Shown here: piece by piece, positions 7,696-15,750 of the stretch
Position numbering within the stretch: position 1 is the stretch's first letter
Layout: the number at the start of each line of letters is the position of its first letter
Assembly: GCF_000022265.1 (NCBI RefSeq)
Contig: NC_011979.1
Coordinates: 2,430,001-2,462,000 of the forward strand
Direction of reading: 5' to 3'
Length of the DNA stretch: 32,000 bases
Origin: Geotalea daltonii FRC-32
Lineage (GTDB): Bacteria; Desulfobacterota; Desulfuromonadia; Geobacterales; Geobacteraceae
Position numbers and translations under genes: made by a program
Notes under the pieces: generated by a model
What the model was told of the DNA's origin: nothing
Seen by the model: only the letters and a program-made list of their open reading frames with translations
Databases searched by the model: none

Positions 7696-9366
7696 ATGGC
7701 AGACGACAGACACTATACCTACGATATTTCCATGTTCCGTGACACCTTTGAAAACGACTTCACCTATCTCAACGGCTTTCTCCGGAATACCCACCGCTAT
7801 GCCGACCGCACCGCGCTCACCTGTTATCTGCGCAATCGCCAGTGGACCTACCGCGTGCTTAACGAGGACTGTAACCGCTTGGCCCATGCCCTTATGAAGG
7901 ATGGCGTCGGCAAGACCGACATCGTCATGTACCAGTTGTATAACTGCGCCGAGTGGGTCTTCATCTATCTGGCTCCCCAGAAGCTCGGCGCCATAAACTG
8001 CCCGATCAACTTTCGTCTTTCCTATGGGGAGACTGCGACGATAATCGATGACAGCAAGCCCAAAGTCTTTTTCTATGACGGCGCCGATGGGGAGACGGCG
8101 GAAAAGGCGCTCAACACGGCACAGCATAAGCCGAAAACGGTGGTCATGGTGGATATCTTCGGTACGGCAACGCCCTTTGCCGGCGCCATTTCCTATGAGG
8201 ACTACGTGCGCGACCAGCCCCATACCAATCCCGACATCCCACGTCCCACCCATATCTATGACGAGGTGACACGGCTCTATACCTCGGGGACGACGGGACG
8301 GCCCAAGGGTGTGCCCCTCAACAACATCAACGAGATCTTCAGCGCCCACGACGTCATCATGCACTTTCCCCTCTCCCCCAGGGACAAGACCCTGAACATG
8401 ACCCCATGGTTTCATCGGGGCGGGCTCTATTCAGGTGGGCCTAATCCCACTCTCTATGTGGGGGGGGAACTGGTACCCCTGCGCCATTTCCATGCGGCAA
8501 CGGTCATGGGGCTGGCCGAGGAGCATGGCCTCAGCTTCCTTATCGGCGCGCCGGTCACCCTTTCGGCGCTGGCTGACGAACAGCAGAAGAATCGCCGGGA
8601 CCTGAGCCGGTTGAAGGGGATCGTCACCATGGGAGCCCCCCTGGAGCGGGCGGCCTGCATCAGGTTTCAGGAGGTGCTGACCCCCAACATCTTCAACGGC
8701 TACGGCAGCACGGAGGCCTTCTGGAATACCTTCCTGCGCCCCTATGACCTGCCGGACATGGCCGGATCGGCCGGTCGATCCTGCACTGACGACGACATGG
8801 CGGTGGTCAGGGTATACCCGGACCGGTTGGCGGAACCGGACGACCACGTGGCGAAGGACGGTAATGAGGTGGGTGAGGTGATCGTCCGGGCGGCGGGCAA
8901 ATGTTCGTTCAGCTATGTCAATCGACCGGAGGACGCCAAGGCGAAGTTTTACAAGGGCTGGCTCTATATCGGCGACCTTTGCACCTGGAACGAGCAGGAG
9001 TTTATGACCGTGGTCGGCAGGAAAGACGACATGTTCATCTCCGGCGGCGAAAACATTCACCCGGTGCAGGTGGAGGCGGTTCTCAACGAACATCCCGAAG
9101 TGACGAACAGCCTGGTGGTCGGTATGCCAGACCCCAAATGGGGGCAAGTGGTGGTTGCATACGTAATAAAATCTGGTGAGATGCTTACCGCTAAAGGACT
9201 GGATGAATATTGCCTGCAACACCCGATGCTGGCCAATTACAAGAGACCGCGATACTACCGCTTCGTCGATACCTTGCCGATGACAGCAACAGGCAAGCTG
9301 CTCCACTACAAGGCAAAGGTGCAAGTGCAGGAGGATTCCCAGGCCGGGCTGTTCGAGAAGGTTTGA
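7696..9366 (+). CDS. AMP-forming acyl-CoA synthetase / AMP-dependent ligase
   Basis: AAGGAG lies 7 nt upstream of the ATG. The adenylate-forming core motif YTSGTTGRPKGV is present, together with GYGSTE, a hinge region GDL...GRKDDMFISGGENI, and an A10 motif PMTATGK (Lys codon 9295-9297). Confidence 0.85.
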   Translation: MADDRHYTYDISMFRDTFENDFTYLNGFLRNTHRYADRTALTCYLRNRQWTYRVLNEDCNRLAHALMKDGVGKTDIVMYQLYNCAEWVFIYLAPQKLGAINCPINFRLSYGETATIIDDSKPKVFFYDGADGETAEKALNTAQHKPKTVVMVDIFGTATPFAGAISYEDYVRDQPHTNPDIPRPTHIYDEVTRLYTSGTTGRPKGVPLNNINEIFSAHDVIMHFPLSPRDKTLNMTPWFHRGGLYSGGPNPTLYVGGELVPLRHFHAATVMGLAEEHGLSFLIGAPVTLSALADEQQKNRRDLSRLKGIVTMGAPLERAACIRFQEVLTPNIFNGYGSTEAFWNTFLRPYDLPDMAGSAGRSCTDDDMAVVRVYPDRLAEPDDHVAKDGNEVGEVIVRAAGKCSFSYVNRPEDAKAKFYKGWLYIGDLCTWNEQEFMTVVGRKDDMFISGGENIHPVQVEAVLNEHPEVTNSLVVGMPDPKWGQVVVAYVIKSGEMLTAKGLDEYCLQHPMLANYKRPRYYRFVDTLPMTATGKLLHYKAKVQVQEDSQAGLFEKV

Positions 9367-9491
9367 CGCAGATTTTTTGTACCAGGTGCCGATGGCCGTC
9401 ACGCCTCGCCGACGACTGTGCCATGCCGTCGGCCGTCTCTGCCCGTCCGGTAAGGATTTTAGTGCTTTGTCTTGCCACCCTTCCAATAAAT

Positions 9492-9523
9492 CAAGGACTT
9501 AGCCGACACAGGCTAAGTCCTTG
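9492..9523. terminator. Bidirectional hairpin between convergent genes
   Basis: A perfect 13-bp stem CAAGGACTTAGCC-gacaca-GGCTAAGTCCTTG sits between the stop of the + gene (9366) and the stop of the - gene (9553). There is no strong U-tract. Confidence 0.5.
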
Positions 9524-9552
9524 CTGTTACAGATATGCCTGATCGGGCCTGA

Positions 9553-10398
9553 TCACCGGGCTGTCCCAGCTTCGCCTTGTACCACTCCAAGGCCATACCA
9601 CCAGTTGGTGACGGGTGATTTCTCAAAAAGGATATCTCTGGTTTTTCCGCGGAAGCTGTAGGAAACAGAGCCTTTTTCCTTGGCAAGCATCTCCCGGAAC
9701 GCCCTGTCGACTTCCTCACCAAGCTCCCTGGGGTCCCTGAAGATGAGCTCCTCATCCCAATCGATGGCCATAAGCGGTTGCGCATCGAATGAGAAAAAGA
9801 TGATGTTCGAAGGCAATGCCATCTCCCGCTTGATCTGCCCGCTGAGCTTGTCGAGAAAGACTGATGCCCCCAGCATGCCAACCACTTTCTTGTCCTTGAG
9901 TACCGGTACTGCCACGACGGCAACATTTTTTTCGCTTGTTTTGCTTACCACCAGATCGCCAATCACTGTTTTTCCTGCCAATAGACGGGAAAAATACGGG
10001 CGTGATTTCAGGTTAGCCTCGGCACGGTCTTTCTCCACCGTCCAGTAGTCCCCGGAGGGGAGGGCAAACCACATCAGCGCCGGCACGTTCCTGTCGGCGA
10101 CATTCTTGAGCAACTCCTTTGTCTTTTGCCAATCTCCGGCGATGACCTCGTCCCGTGCCGCCAGTGTTTTGAACTCGTCGGCTATCTTCACCAGATGGCC
10201 ATCGCCGATGGTAATGAGAGAAGCGAGAGCCACCGTGCCGTCAACGGTGAAGGCTTCTGCGTTCCCATTATTATTCATGGCAGGCAATTTGCCGTTGCCG
10301 TACCAAATCTGGGCGTTTCCTGCCTCCACCCCGACAACGGCACACAGGTAAGCCATGATCATCAGCAAACGAACTGAGAAGAGGATGCGTTCTACCAT
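9553..10398 (-). CDS. Secreted/periplasmic Cache-like (PDC-fold) domain protein without an output domain
   Basis: AAGGAGG lies upstream of the ATG at 10398. It has an N-terminal signal/anchor MVERILFSVRLLMIMAYLCAVVG. The body resembles Cache sensor domains (PYFSRLLAGKTVIGDLVVSKTSEKNVAVVAVPV, GMLGASVFLDKLS). There is no kinase, MCP or GGDEF part. Confidence 0.55.
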   Translation of the reverse strand: MVERILFSVRLLMIMAYLCAVVGVEAGNAQIWYGNGKLPAMNNNGNAEAFTVDGTVALASLITIGDGHLVKIADEFKTLAARDEVIAGDWQKTKELLKNVADRNVPALMWFALPSGDYWTVEKDRAEANLKSRPYFSRLLAGKTVIGDLVVSKTSEKNVAVVAVPVLKDKKVVGMLGASVFLDKLSGQIKREMALPSNIIFFSFDAQPLMAIDWDEELIFRDPRELGEEVDRAFREMLAKEKGSVSYSFRGKTRDILFEKSPVTNWWYGLGVVQGEAGTAR

Positions 10399-10574
10399 GA
10401 AAACCTCCTTTTTGCCTTGAGTGGGGTCACCAGAATTCTTGCCCCCTCTGCGTTTTATAGGCTGAGCATCTCCTGATTAAAGTGTAGCCAGAGGGGGGAT
10501 GAAGTCAAAATATGCGGCATGGGCAGCCTGTCGAGAAATGGCAACTCCAATCGTGGGTTAGATGCCGGCGGATA

Positions 10575-10602
10575 TTGACACATTATGTTGCTAAATTACA
10601 AT
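10575..10602 (+). promoter_or_regulatory. Sigma-70-type promoter candidate for the CsbD-like gene
   Basis: TTGACA (10575-10580), a 16-nt spacer and TACAAT (10597-10602) lie about 90 nt upstream of ATG 10691. Confidence 0.4.
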
Positions 10603-10690
10603 TTCCATATGGGGCAAGGTCCTGCATTTCCGGTACTTGTCAGAAGTATTTCCCAGGCCCTTTCTCGGAGAGGGCTAAAGGAGGCCGACC

Positions 10691-10882
10691 ATGAAAGAAA
10701 GCGAGAAGCAAAGTGTTAAGGACAGGGCAGAAGGCAAATATCATCAGATGAAGGGCAGCCTTAAGGAATCTGCAGGCAAGGCATTGAACAAGCCGGGCAC
10801 AACGGTGGCAGGGAAAGCAGAAAAGACAGCTGGCAAAGTGCAGGAAAAAGTGGGTAGGGCAGAGAGGAGCTCTCATAAATAA
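10691..10882 (+). CDS. CsbD-family general-stress-like small protein
   Basis: AAAGGAGG lies upstream. The 63-aa Lys/Gly/Glu-rich product has the repeated GK.KE..GK / GK.EK..GKVQEKVG pattern typical of CsbD. Confidence 0.7.
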   Translation: MKESEKQSVKDRAEGKYHQMKGSLKESAGKALNKPGTTVAGKAEKTAGKVQEKVGRAERSSHK

Positions 10883-10919
10883 GGGCTATGTATCCCTTCA
10901 TTCATTATTGAGCGAGTCT

Positions 10920-10945
10920 CACGAAGTGGGGCTCGTGCTTTTTTT
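10920..10945 (+). terminator. Rho-independent terminator candidate
   Basis: A CACGA(A)G-tgggg-CTCGTG hairpin (one bulged A) is followed by C+TTTTTTT (10939-10945), about 40 nt after the CsbD stop. Confidence 0.45.
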
Positions 10946-11160
10946 GGGGTGATGGAACTGCAGTCAAAGGACTTCAGCTCAAATATCTTGATCTTTATTC
11001 GAAATGTGATATTAGAGACAATACCTGAAAGGGAGTAGCTAGGCTGGTACTGACGTACCTGGCCTTGTCGTTGGCTGGGGCCAATTAGCGAGACTCTCGG
11101 CATCACCCTGGGGTGTGCTGATCGTCTCGCTTTTTCGTTCAAAATTTAGAGGGCAAATTC

Positions 11161-12150
11161 ATGCAAAGATATACCACTATCAGCTATCTGCTGGCCGTCA
11201 GCGCCGTATTGCTCGTTCTGCGCTTTCACCTGTTGCCTGCTGTGTTCGCAGGCCTGGCAGTCTACGTACTGACATTGAAGCTCGCCGGTCATCTCCCGAA
11301 AAACATGAACCGTTTTGCCCACAAGGTGGCTCTGGGGGTCGTGGTAATCTGCGTCATAACCTGTCTCACCAGCGCCGGAGCTGCGATCTGGTCCTTCGTG
11401 GGCAGCAGTCATGGCATCGCTGCCCTGCTTGCCACGGTTGTGGATACCCTTGACAGCTTGCGTCGAACGCTTCCTGACTCCGTGGCCGAGGTGTTGCCGA
11501 CGACAATTGAGGGGCTGAATGAGCAGCTTGTCGAGATACTGCGCAATCATGTCCAGAAAATATCCGTGGTAGGAATGGAGGGTATCAAGGTATTTGCCCA
11601 CATTCTTCTGGGAATGGTGGTCGGCGGAATGGCTGCAGTACATCATTTCATCGAACATGAAAAGTCGCCGCCATTTATCGGAGCCTTGCGATCGAGATTG
11701 GGAAAACTTGCGACAGCCTTCGACAAGGTTGTTTTTGCCCAAGTCAAGATTTCCGGCCTCAACTCAATCTTCACTGCCCTTTATCTGCTTGTGGTGCTGC
11801 CGCTTTTCGGTGTTCACCTGCCAATGGCATCACTGCTGGTTCTGCTTACCTTTGCCGTCGGCATGCTTCCCGTGGTGGGCAATCTCATATCAAATACGGT
11901 TATTGTTGTCATAAGTCTCGGGGTATCGCCACTGGTGGGGATTGCCTCCCTGGTTTTCCTGGTGCTGATCCATAAAGCGGAGTATTTCATGAACGCCCGG
12001 ATCGTAGGCCATGAAGTACAGGCAACAGCATGGGAACTGTTGTGCGCAATGCTGCTTTTGGAGGCGATGTTCGGCGTCGCCGGCCTGGTGGCCGCACCGG
12101 TTGTTTATGCCTGGTTAAAGGCCGAGGTCAAGGAAAAGGGAATGATCTGA
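11161..12150 (+). CDS. AI-2E (PerM/UPF0118)-type integral membrane permease
   Basis: The 329-aa product is polytopic. Its C-terminal half carries MLPVVGNLISNTVIVVISL ... IHKAEYFMNARIVGHEVQATAWELL ... GLVAAPVVYAWLK, which resembles the conserved AI-2E core. Confidence 0.6.
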   Translation: MQRYTTISYLLAVSAVLLVLRFHLLPAVFAGLAVYVLTLKLAGHLPKNMNRFAHKVALGVVVICVITCLTSAGAAIWSFVGSSHGIAALLATVVDTLDSLRRTLPDSVAEVLPTTIEGLNEQLVEILRNHVQKISVVGMEGIKVFAHILLGMVVGGMAAVHHFIEHEKSPPFIGALRSRLGKLATAFDKVVFAQVKISGLNSIFTALYLLVVLPLFGVHLPMASLLVLLTFAVGMLPVVGNLISNTVIVVISLGVSPLVGIASLVFLVLIHKAEYFMNARIVGHEVQATAWELLCAMLLLEAMFGVAGLVAAPVVYAWLKAEVKEKGMI

Positions 12151-12215
12151 GAATAACAATCACCTTCCTAGCGCTTGAGCAGGCAAATATTCAAAATTGA
12201 GAGAGGATCAAAAGC

Positions 12216-12791
12216 ATGAGAGTTAACTTCTGCAAACTTTTACCTTGTGTTGCCTTTGCCGGCGTCATGTCTATGGCTGTCTCCTTCAGTAGTGCTGCGG
12301 CGGCCGACACACCTACGCCGGCCACTGCTCTGTATGAACAACTTGAGGTGTTTCACGGGCATGTTTGTGCCGGATCACTCTTTGGTGCGCGGCTTGGTTT
12401 TGCGGCTAAAGAAGCACTCAAAGCAGCAGGCGGCACTGGTAAATTCAAGTCCAATTATTATGACCTGTCCTGCCCGGTGGACGGTATCCAGGTCGGCGCC
12501 GGCACCACATACGGCAATAAAGCCCTGGTGGTGCAAGACAGGGATGAACACCGGCTTGTTTTGACAGCCGAGGGTAACGGGCTGACGGCTGAGGCGCGGC
12601 TGACCCGAAAGGCGGAAGAGATGGGGCTGCGGACTCGCGATTTGGGGAAAAAGGCCAAGGCTCTTGGGGCAGGCTCACCTGACCGACAAAAGCTGGAGCA
12701 GGAAATCGAGAACATTTATATATGGCTTAAGACTGCCCCTGCAGGCGAAGTGGTCAAGGTCACCATGCTGAACAAGAAATTAAAACGCTGA
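12216..12791 (+). CDS. FmdE/FwdE-family domain protein with a predicted signal peptide
   Basis: An FHGHVCAGSLFGARLG motif matches the FHGHxCPG signature of FmdE. The N-terminus MRVNFCKLLPCVAFAGVMSMAVSFSSAAAA looks like a Sec signal. Confidence 0.55.
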   Translation: MRVNFCKLLPCVAFAGVMSMAVSFSSAAAADTPTPATALYEQLEVFHGHVCAGSLFGARLGFAAKEALKAAGGTGKFKSNYYDLSCPVDGIQVGAGTTYGNKALVVQDRDEHRLVLTAEGNGLTAEARLTRKAEEMGLRTRDLGKKAKALGAGSPDRQKLEQEIENIYIWLKTAPAGEVVKVTMLNKKLKR

Positions 12792-12843
12792 TGTTCATCT
12801 GCAGCAGCACCAGCGGCTGCCCATATGGACTGGAGGTATAAGA

Positions 12844-14490
12844 ATGGAGAGAGTCGTTTATGTAATAGGGCATCGTAATCCCGACACCGATTCCGTTGCC
12901 TCGGCCATTGCCTATGCAGCACTGAAGGTGCGCCAGGGAATGGGAAACGTAGTTGCAGCCATGGCGGGACCGCCAAACCATCAGACCCGGTTTGTCCTGG
13001 AGAAGCTGGGTATTCCGGAACCGGTGTACCTGCCGGATGTGCATCCAAAAGTGCGCGATATTCTGCATCGTCAGCCGATTACCCTGTCCCCCGGGGATAG
13101 TGTCTATGAGGCACTGGAAAAATTCCATCGACACCAGGTAAGAAGTCTACCGGTGCTCGATTCTCAAGGCGTGCCACAGGGAGTAATCTCGCTGCTGAGG
13201 CTTTCCGAATCACTTCTTCTTCCTTGTCCGGAGCAGCAGAGGCTGATCACGACCACCTTTGCAGCGCTCACCAGAACCCTTGGCGGGAACCTGATTGCCG
13301 GAGCTACCGATGATGCGCCCTTGAGCCTGAAACTTTTCGTGGGTGCCATGCACGAGGAATCGTTTTCGGAAAGAATCGGCGGCATAAACCCGGAGCAGCT
13401 GCTTGTCATTACCGGCAATCTCCGCAGCATCCAGGAGGCTGCCATCGAGAAAAAGGTCCGCATGCTGGTGATAACGGGAGGCCACCCCGTTGATCCCGAC
13501 GTTCTTGACTATGCCCGCCGGCAAGGAGTGGGGGTGCTGATCACGCCACATGACACGGCGACGGCAGCCTGGTTGACCAGGCTGTCAACGCCGGTTACCC
13601 TTGTTGCCGAGGGAAAGATCGTTACCATCGGCACAGGAGAGCCACTCTACAAGTTGCGTCAGAAACTGCTGGTTTCAGGTGAGGCGGCAGTCTTTGCCGT
13701 GGAAGAGGGTGGAACTCTCGCCGGTGTAGCTACCAAGTCATCCCTGTTGGCGCCACTCCCCTTTGCCTTGATTCTGGTAGACCACAATGAAACAGGCCAG
13801 GCTGTCCCCGGGGCCGACGCAGTGGAGATTATCGAGGTCATAGATCACCATAAACTGGGAAACAGCCACAGTGACACTCCCATCCCATTTTTTACGGCTC
13901 CGGTCGGCAGTACCTGCACGTTGGTGGCAATGCGCTATCGAGACAGCAGTCTGGAGCCCGATCGGCACATGGCCTCACTGCTTCTGGCAGGCATCCTTTC
14001 AGACACGGTCATCTTCAAGTCACCGACAACAACTGCACTTGACCGTGAAGTAGCAAGATGGCTCGAAGGAGTGGCCAAGCTCGATGCCAGCTCGTTTGGC
14101 AATGAGATCTTTGCCGCAAGCAGTTCCCTCCGGGCGTATCCTTCTGCCAGAGATGCCGTTACCGCCGATTTCAAGATTTTCAGTCAGGATGGAAAAACCA
14201 TTGGCATCGGCCAGGTGGAGGTGGTTGGTTTTCAGGATTTTTACGAGATGAAGGCGGACCTGCTGGCTGCCCTGACGGAACTGAGGCTGAAGGAGAATCT
14301 CTTTCTTGCCGGATTGATGGTCACTGATATTACCACCGAAAGTTCCCTGTTTCTCGTGGAGGGATATACCAGGATCGCCCATTTCATGGACTATCCCCAA
14401 TTGGAACCGCACCTTTTTGAATTGAAAGGGGTGATGTCCCGTAAGAAACAGATGGTCCCCCATCTGTTGAGGATTCTTGCGAAACAATAG
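12844..14490 (+). CDS. CBS-domain-containing family II (DHH/DHHA2) inorganic pyrophosphatase
   Basis: GGAGG lies upstream. DHH motifs are present: VIGHRNPDTDSVASAIAYA, LVDHNE and VIDHHKLG. A CBS/DRTGG-like insert sits between them, followed by a C-terminal DHHA2-like region. The product is 548 aa. Confidence 0.8.
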   Translation: MERVVYVIGHRNPDTDSVASAIAYAALKVRQGMGNVVAAMAGPPNHQTRFVLEKLGIPEPVYLPDVHPKVRDILHRQPITLSPGDSVYEALEKFHRHQVRSLPVLDSQGVPQGVISLLRLSESLLLPCPEQQRLITTTFAALTRTLGGNLIAGATDDAPLSLKLFVGAMHEESFSERIGGINPEQLLVITGNLRSIQEAAIEKKVRMLVITGGHPVDPDVLDYARRQGVGVLITPHDTATAAWLTRLSTPVTLVAEGKIVTIGTGEPLYKLRQKLLVSGEAAVFAVEEGGTLAGVATKSSLLAPLPFALILVDHNETGQAVPGADAVEIIEVIDHHKLGNSHSDTPIPFFTAPVGSTCTLVAMRYRDSSLEPDRHMASLLLAGILSDTVIFKSPTTTALDREVARWLEGVAKLDASSFGNEIFAASSSLRAYPSARDAVTADFKIFSQDGKTIGIGQVEVVGFQDFYEMKADLLAALTELRLKENLFLAGLMVTDITTESSLFLVEGYTRIAHFMDYPQLEPHLFELKGVMSRKKQMVPHLLRILAKQ

Positions 14491-14524
14491 TGAAATTTCT
14501 GCCGGTTTCCCCCCCCATTCCCCA

Positions 14525-14737
14525 TCATCCACAACAACTGTGGATAAATAACCTCCAGCTGTGGATAAAGGTCAAAAAGTATACGTTTCATCAGGCACTT
14601 TTACATTATGCACAAGAGATAGGCATGGGGTGTAACTGGTTGAAATAACGTGTCAATACGAATAGTGTGAATGAAATGTTATTTTTTTGTAATGAATTGT
14701 CGGGCGATGGAAAAAAGATGGGAAGTCCTGTGTATAA
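14525..14737. promoter_or_regulatory. Cluster of six DnaA-box-like 9-mers
   Basis: TGTGGATAA occurs twice (14539-14547 and 14560-14568), a perfect reverse complement of TTATCCACA. TTATGCACA (14606-14614) and TGTGTATAA (14729-14737) both fit TTATNCACA. TCATCCACA (14525-14533) and TGTGAATGA (14666-14674) each have one mismatch. The flank is AT-rich. Confidence 0.5.
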
Positions 14738-14996
14738 CTATAGAAAAATCAGTAAAGTAGGGGCATAAAAAGGAAAAAATGAACAAGGTGTAACCTTGTA
14801 AAGAAAGTGTTGAAACAGCAGTAGCCCAGTGTAATGATTATGGACTGCCCCAAAGATCGAGAGTCGCCATATTGTCACAATTTCACTCCACGCTAACTCC
14901 CACCCCTGATTATACCAGTTAAAGCTTACCATCCTCTTAGTGTCGTTTGGCACGGCTGTGTTAAAATTACCTTAGAAAATCGGTTTTTATTTAAAT

Positions 14997-15174
14997 AGTT
15001 TCCATCCGGAAACTCCGGATGAGAAACTAGTGGTTTCCGATTCGGAAAGAGGGGATTTTTTGTTCTGGCAAGGAAATCAAGGGCTTGCGCGGAGACGTAC
15101 ATCGGTACGTCGCACAAGTAAGCCCGCAGATTGACGCAGCCAGGGCAGAAAAGAACCCTTTCCGGATGGAAACT
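14997..15174. repeat. Perfect 16-nt inverted repeat enclosing ~146 nt with internal hairpins
   Basis: AGTTTCCATCCGGAAA (14997-15012) is the exact reverse complement of TTTCCGGATGGAAACT (15159-15174). Internal hairpins are ATCCGGA-aac-TCCGGAT (15004-15020) and GACGTAC-atcg-GTACGTC (15084-15101). Confidence 0.55.
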
Positions 15175-15219
15175 AAATAACCGGATGGTCGTTCCTGACC
15201 CGGTTCCAGGGGGTACACC

Positions 15220-15726
15220 ATGTCTGAGATGACAGGACGACACTTTATGGACCGGAAGATGCTGGTAACGGCAGCAGCAGCCGGTCTGGTGGCAACGGCT
15301 TTCACGGGCGTGGCTGACCGGCTTTTGGACCGCCTGGTCAGCGACGAACAGAAGAGGCGCGATCGCATGGTACGAAAGGGGACTGCCCACGAAATGGCCG
15401 GACCCTATTTTGCGGAAAAGATGACCGGCAGGGAGTTGGACGAAAAAGGGAAGAAGCGGGCGAAGACAACCTTCAGCATCGCCTATTCCCTCGTCTGGGG
15501 AGCTGCATATGGCATTATCCGGAAGAAGTACCCGCAGCTTTCACGCTATGTCGGGTTACCTTTTGCAGTTCCGTTCTTCTTTGCCTGTGATGGCCTACTG
15601 GCGCCGCTGCTTGGCGTTTCACCGATTCTCAAAAAAGTGCCGTGGCAGCCAAGTGCGAAAGAGATGGCGAATCATATGGCGTGGACTGCCACAGCGGAGA
15701 TGGTACACCGGGCGGTGGCGAGATAA
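15220..15726 (+). CDS. Small membrane protein, function unknown (possibly DUF1440/YagU-like)
   Basis: AGGGGG lies 6 nt upstream of the ATG. Hydrophobic segments are LVTAAAAGLVATAFTGV, FSIAYSLVWGAAYGII and LPFAVPFFFACDGLLAPLLGV. The family call is weak. Confidence 0.5.
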   Translation: MSEMTGRHFMDRKMLVTAAAAGLVATAFTGVADRLLDRLVSDEQKRRDRMVRKGTAHEMAGPYFAEKMTGRELDEKGKKRAKTTFSIAYSLVWGAAYGIIRKKYPQLSRYVGLPFAVPFFFACDGLLAPLLGVSPILKKVPWQPSAKEMANHMAWTATAEMVHRAVAR

Positions 15727-15750
15727 CCTCAATCAGAAGGAGGTTTTGTC

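Noticed and set aside
213-9486. Long ORFs antisense to, or out of frame with, well-supported genes. Examples are 213-884 (-), 539-955 (-), 1075-1713 (-), 1960-2553 (-), 2902-3444 (-), 4283-5176 (-), 6144-7037 (-), 7666-8415 (-) and 8431-9486 (-).
   Set aside because: They fully overlap genes with clear family motifs. Their translations are Arg/Gly/Pro/His-rich and low in complexity, as expected for shadow frames in GC-rich DNA. They have no RBS and no recognisable domains.
14525-14782. Calling the DnaA-box cluster the chromosomal oriC.
   Set aside because: No dnaA, dnaN, gyrB or parAB context is present, and GC-skew information is not available from a 32-kb window. It is kept as a DnaA-box cluster of undetermined role.
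15066-15175. A possible GEMM-I (c-di-GMP/cGAMP) riboswitch, suggested by GGCAAGG...GACGCAGCCAGGG and its resemblance to GGCAAAC...GGACGCAAAGCC.
   Set aside because: Only fragmentary similarity is present. There is no GNRA-capped P1b hairpin and the spacing is wrong. I cannot build the two-hairpin consensus by hand. An Infernal scan would be needed before any such call.
14738-15390. Minus-strand ORFs (71, 154 and 113 aa) in the 14.5-15.2 kb gap.
   Set aside because: They have no RBS, they cross the palindromic and hairpin structures, and they run antisense into the 15220 gene. The region is better explained as non-coding.
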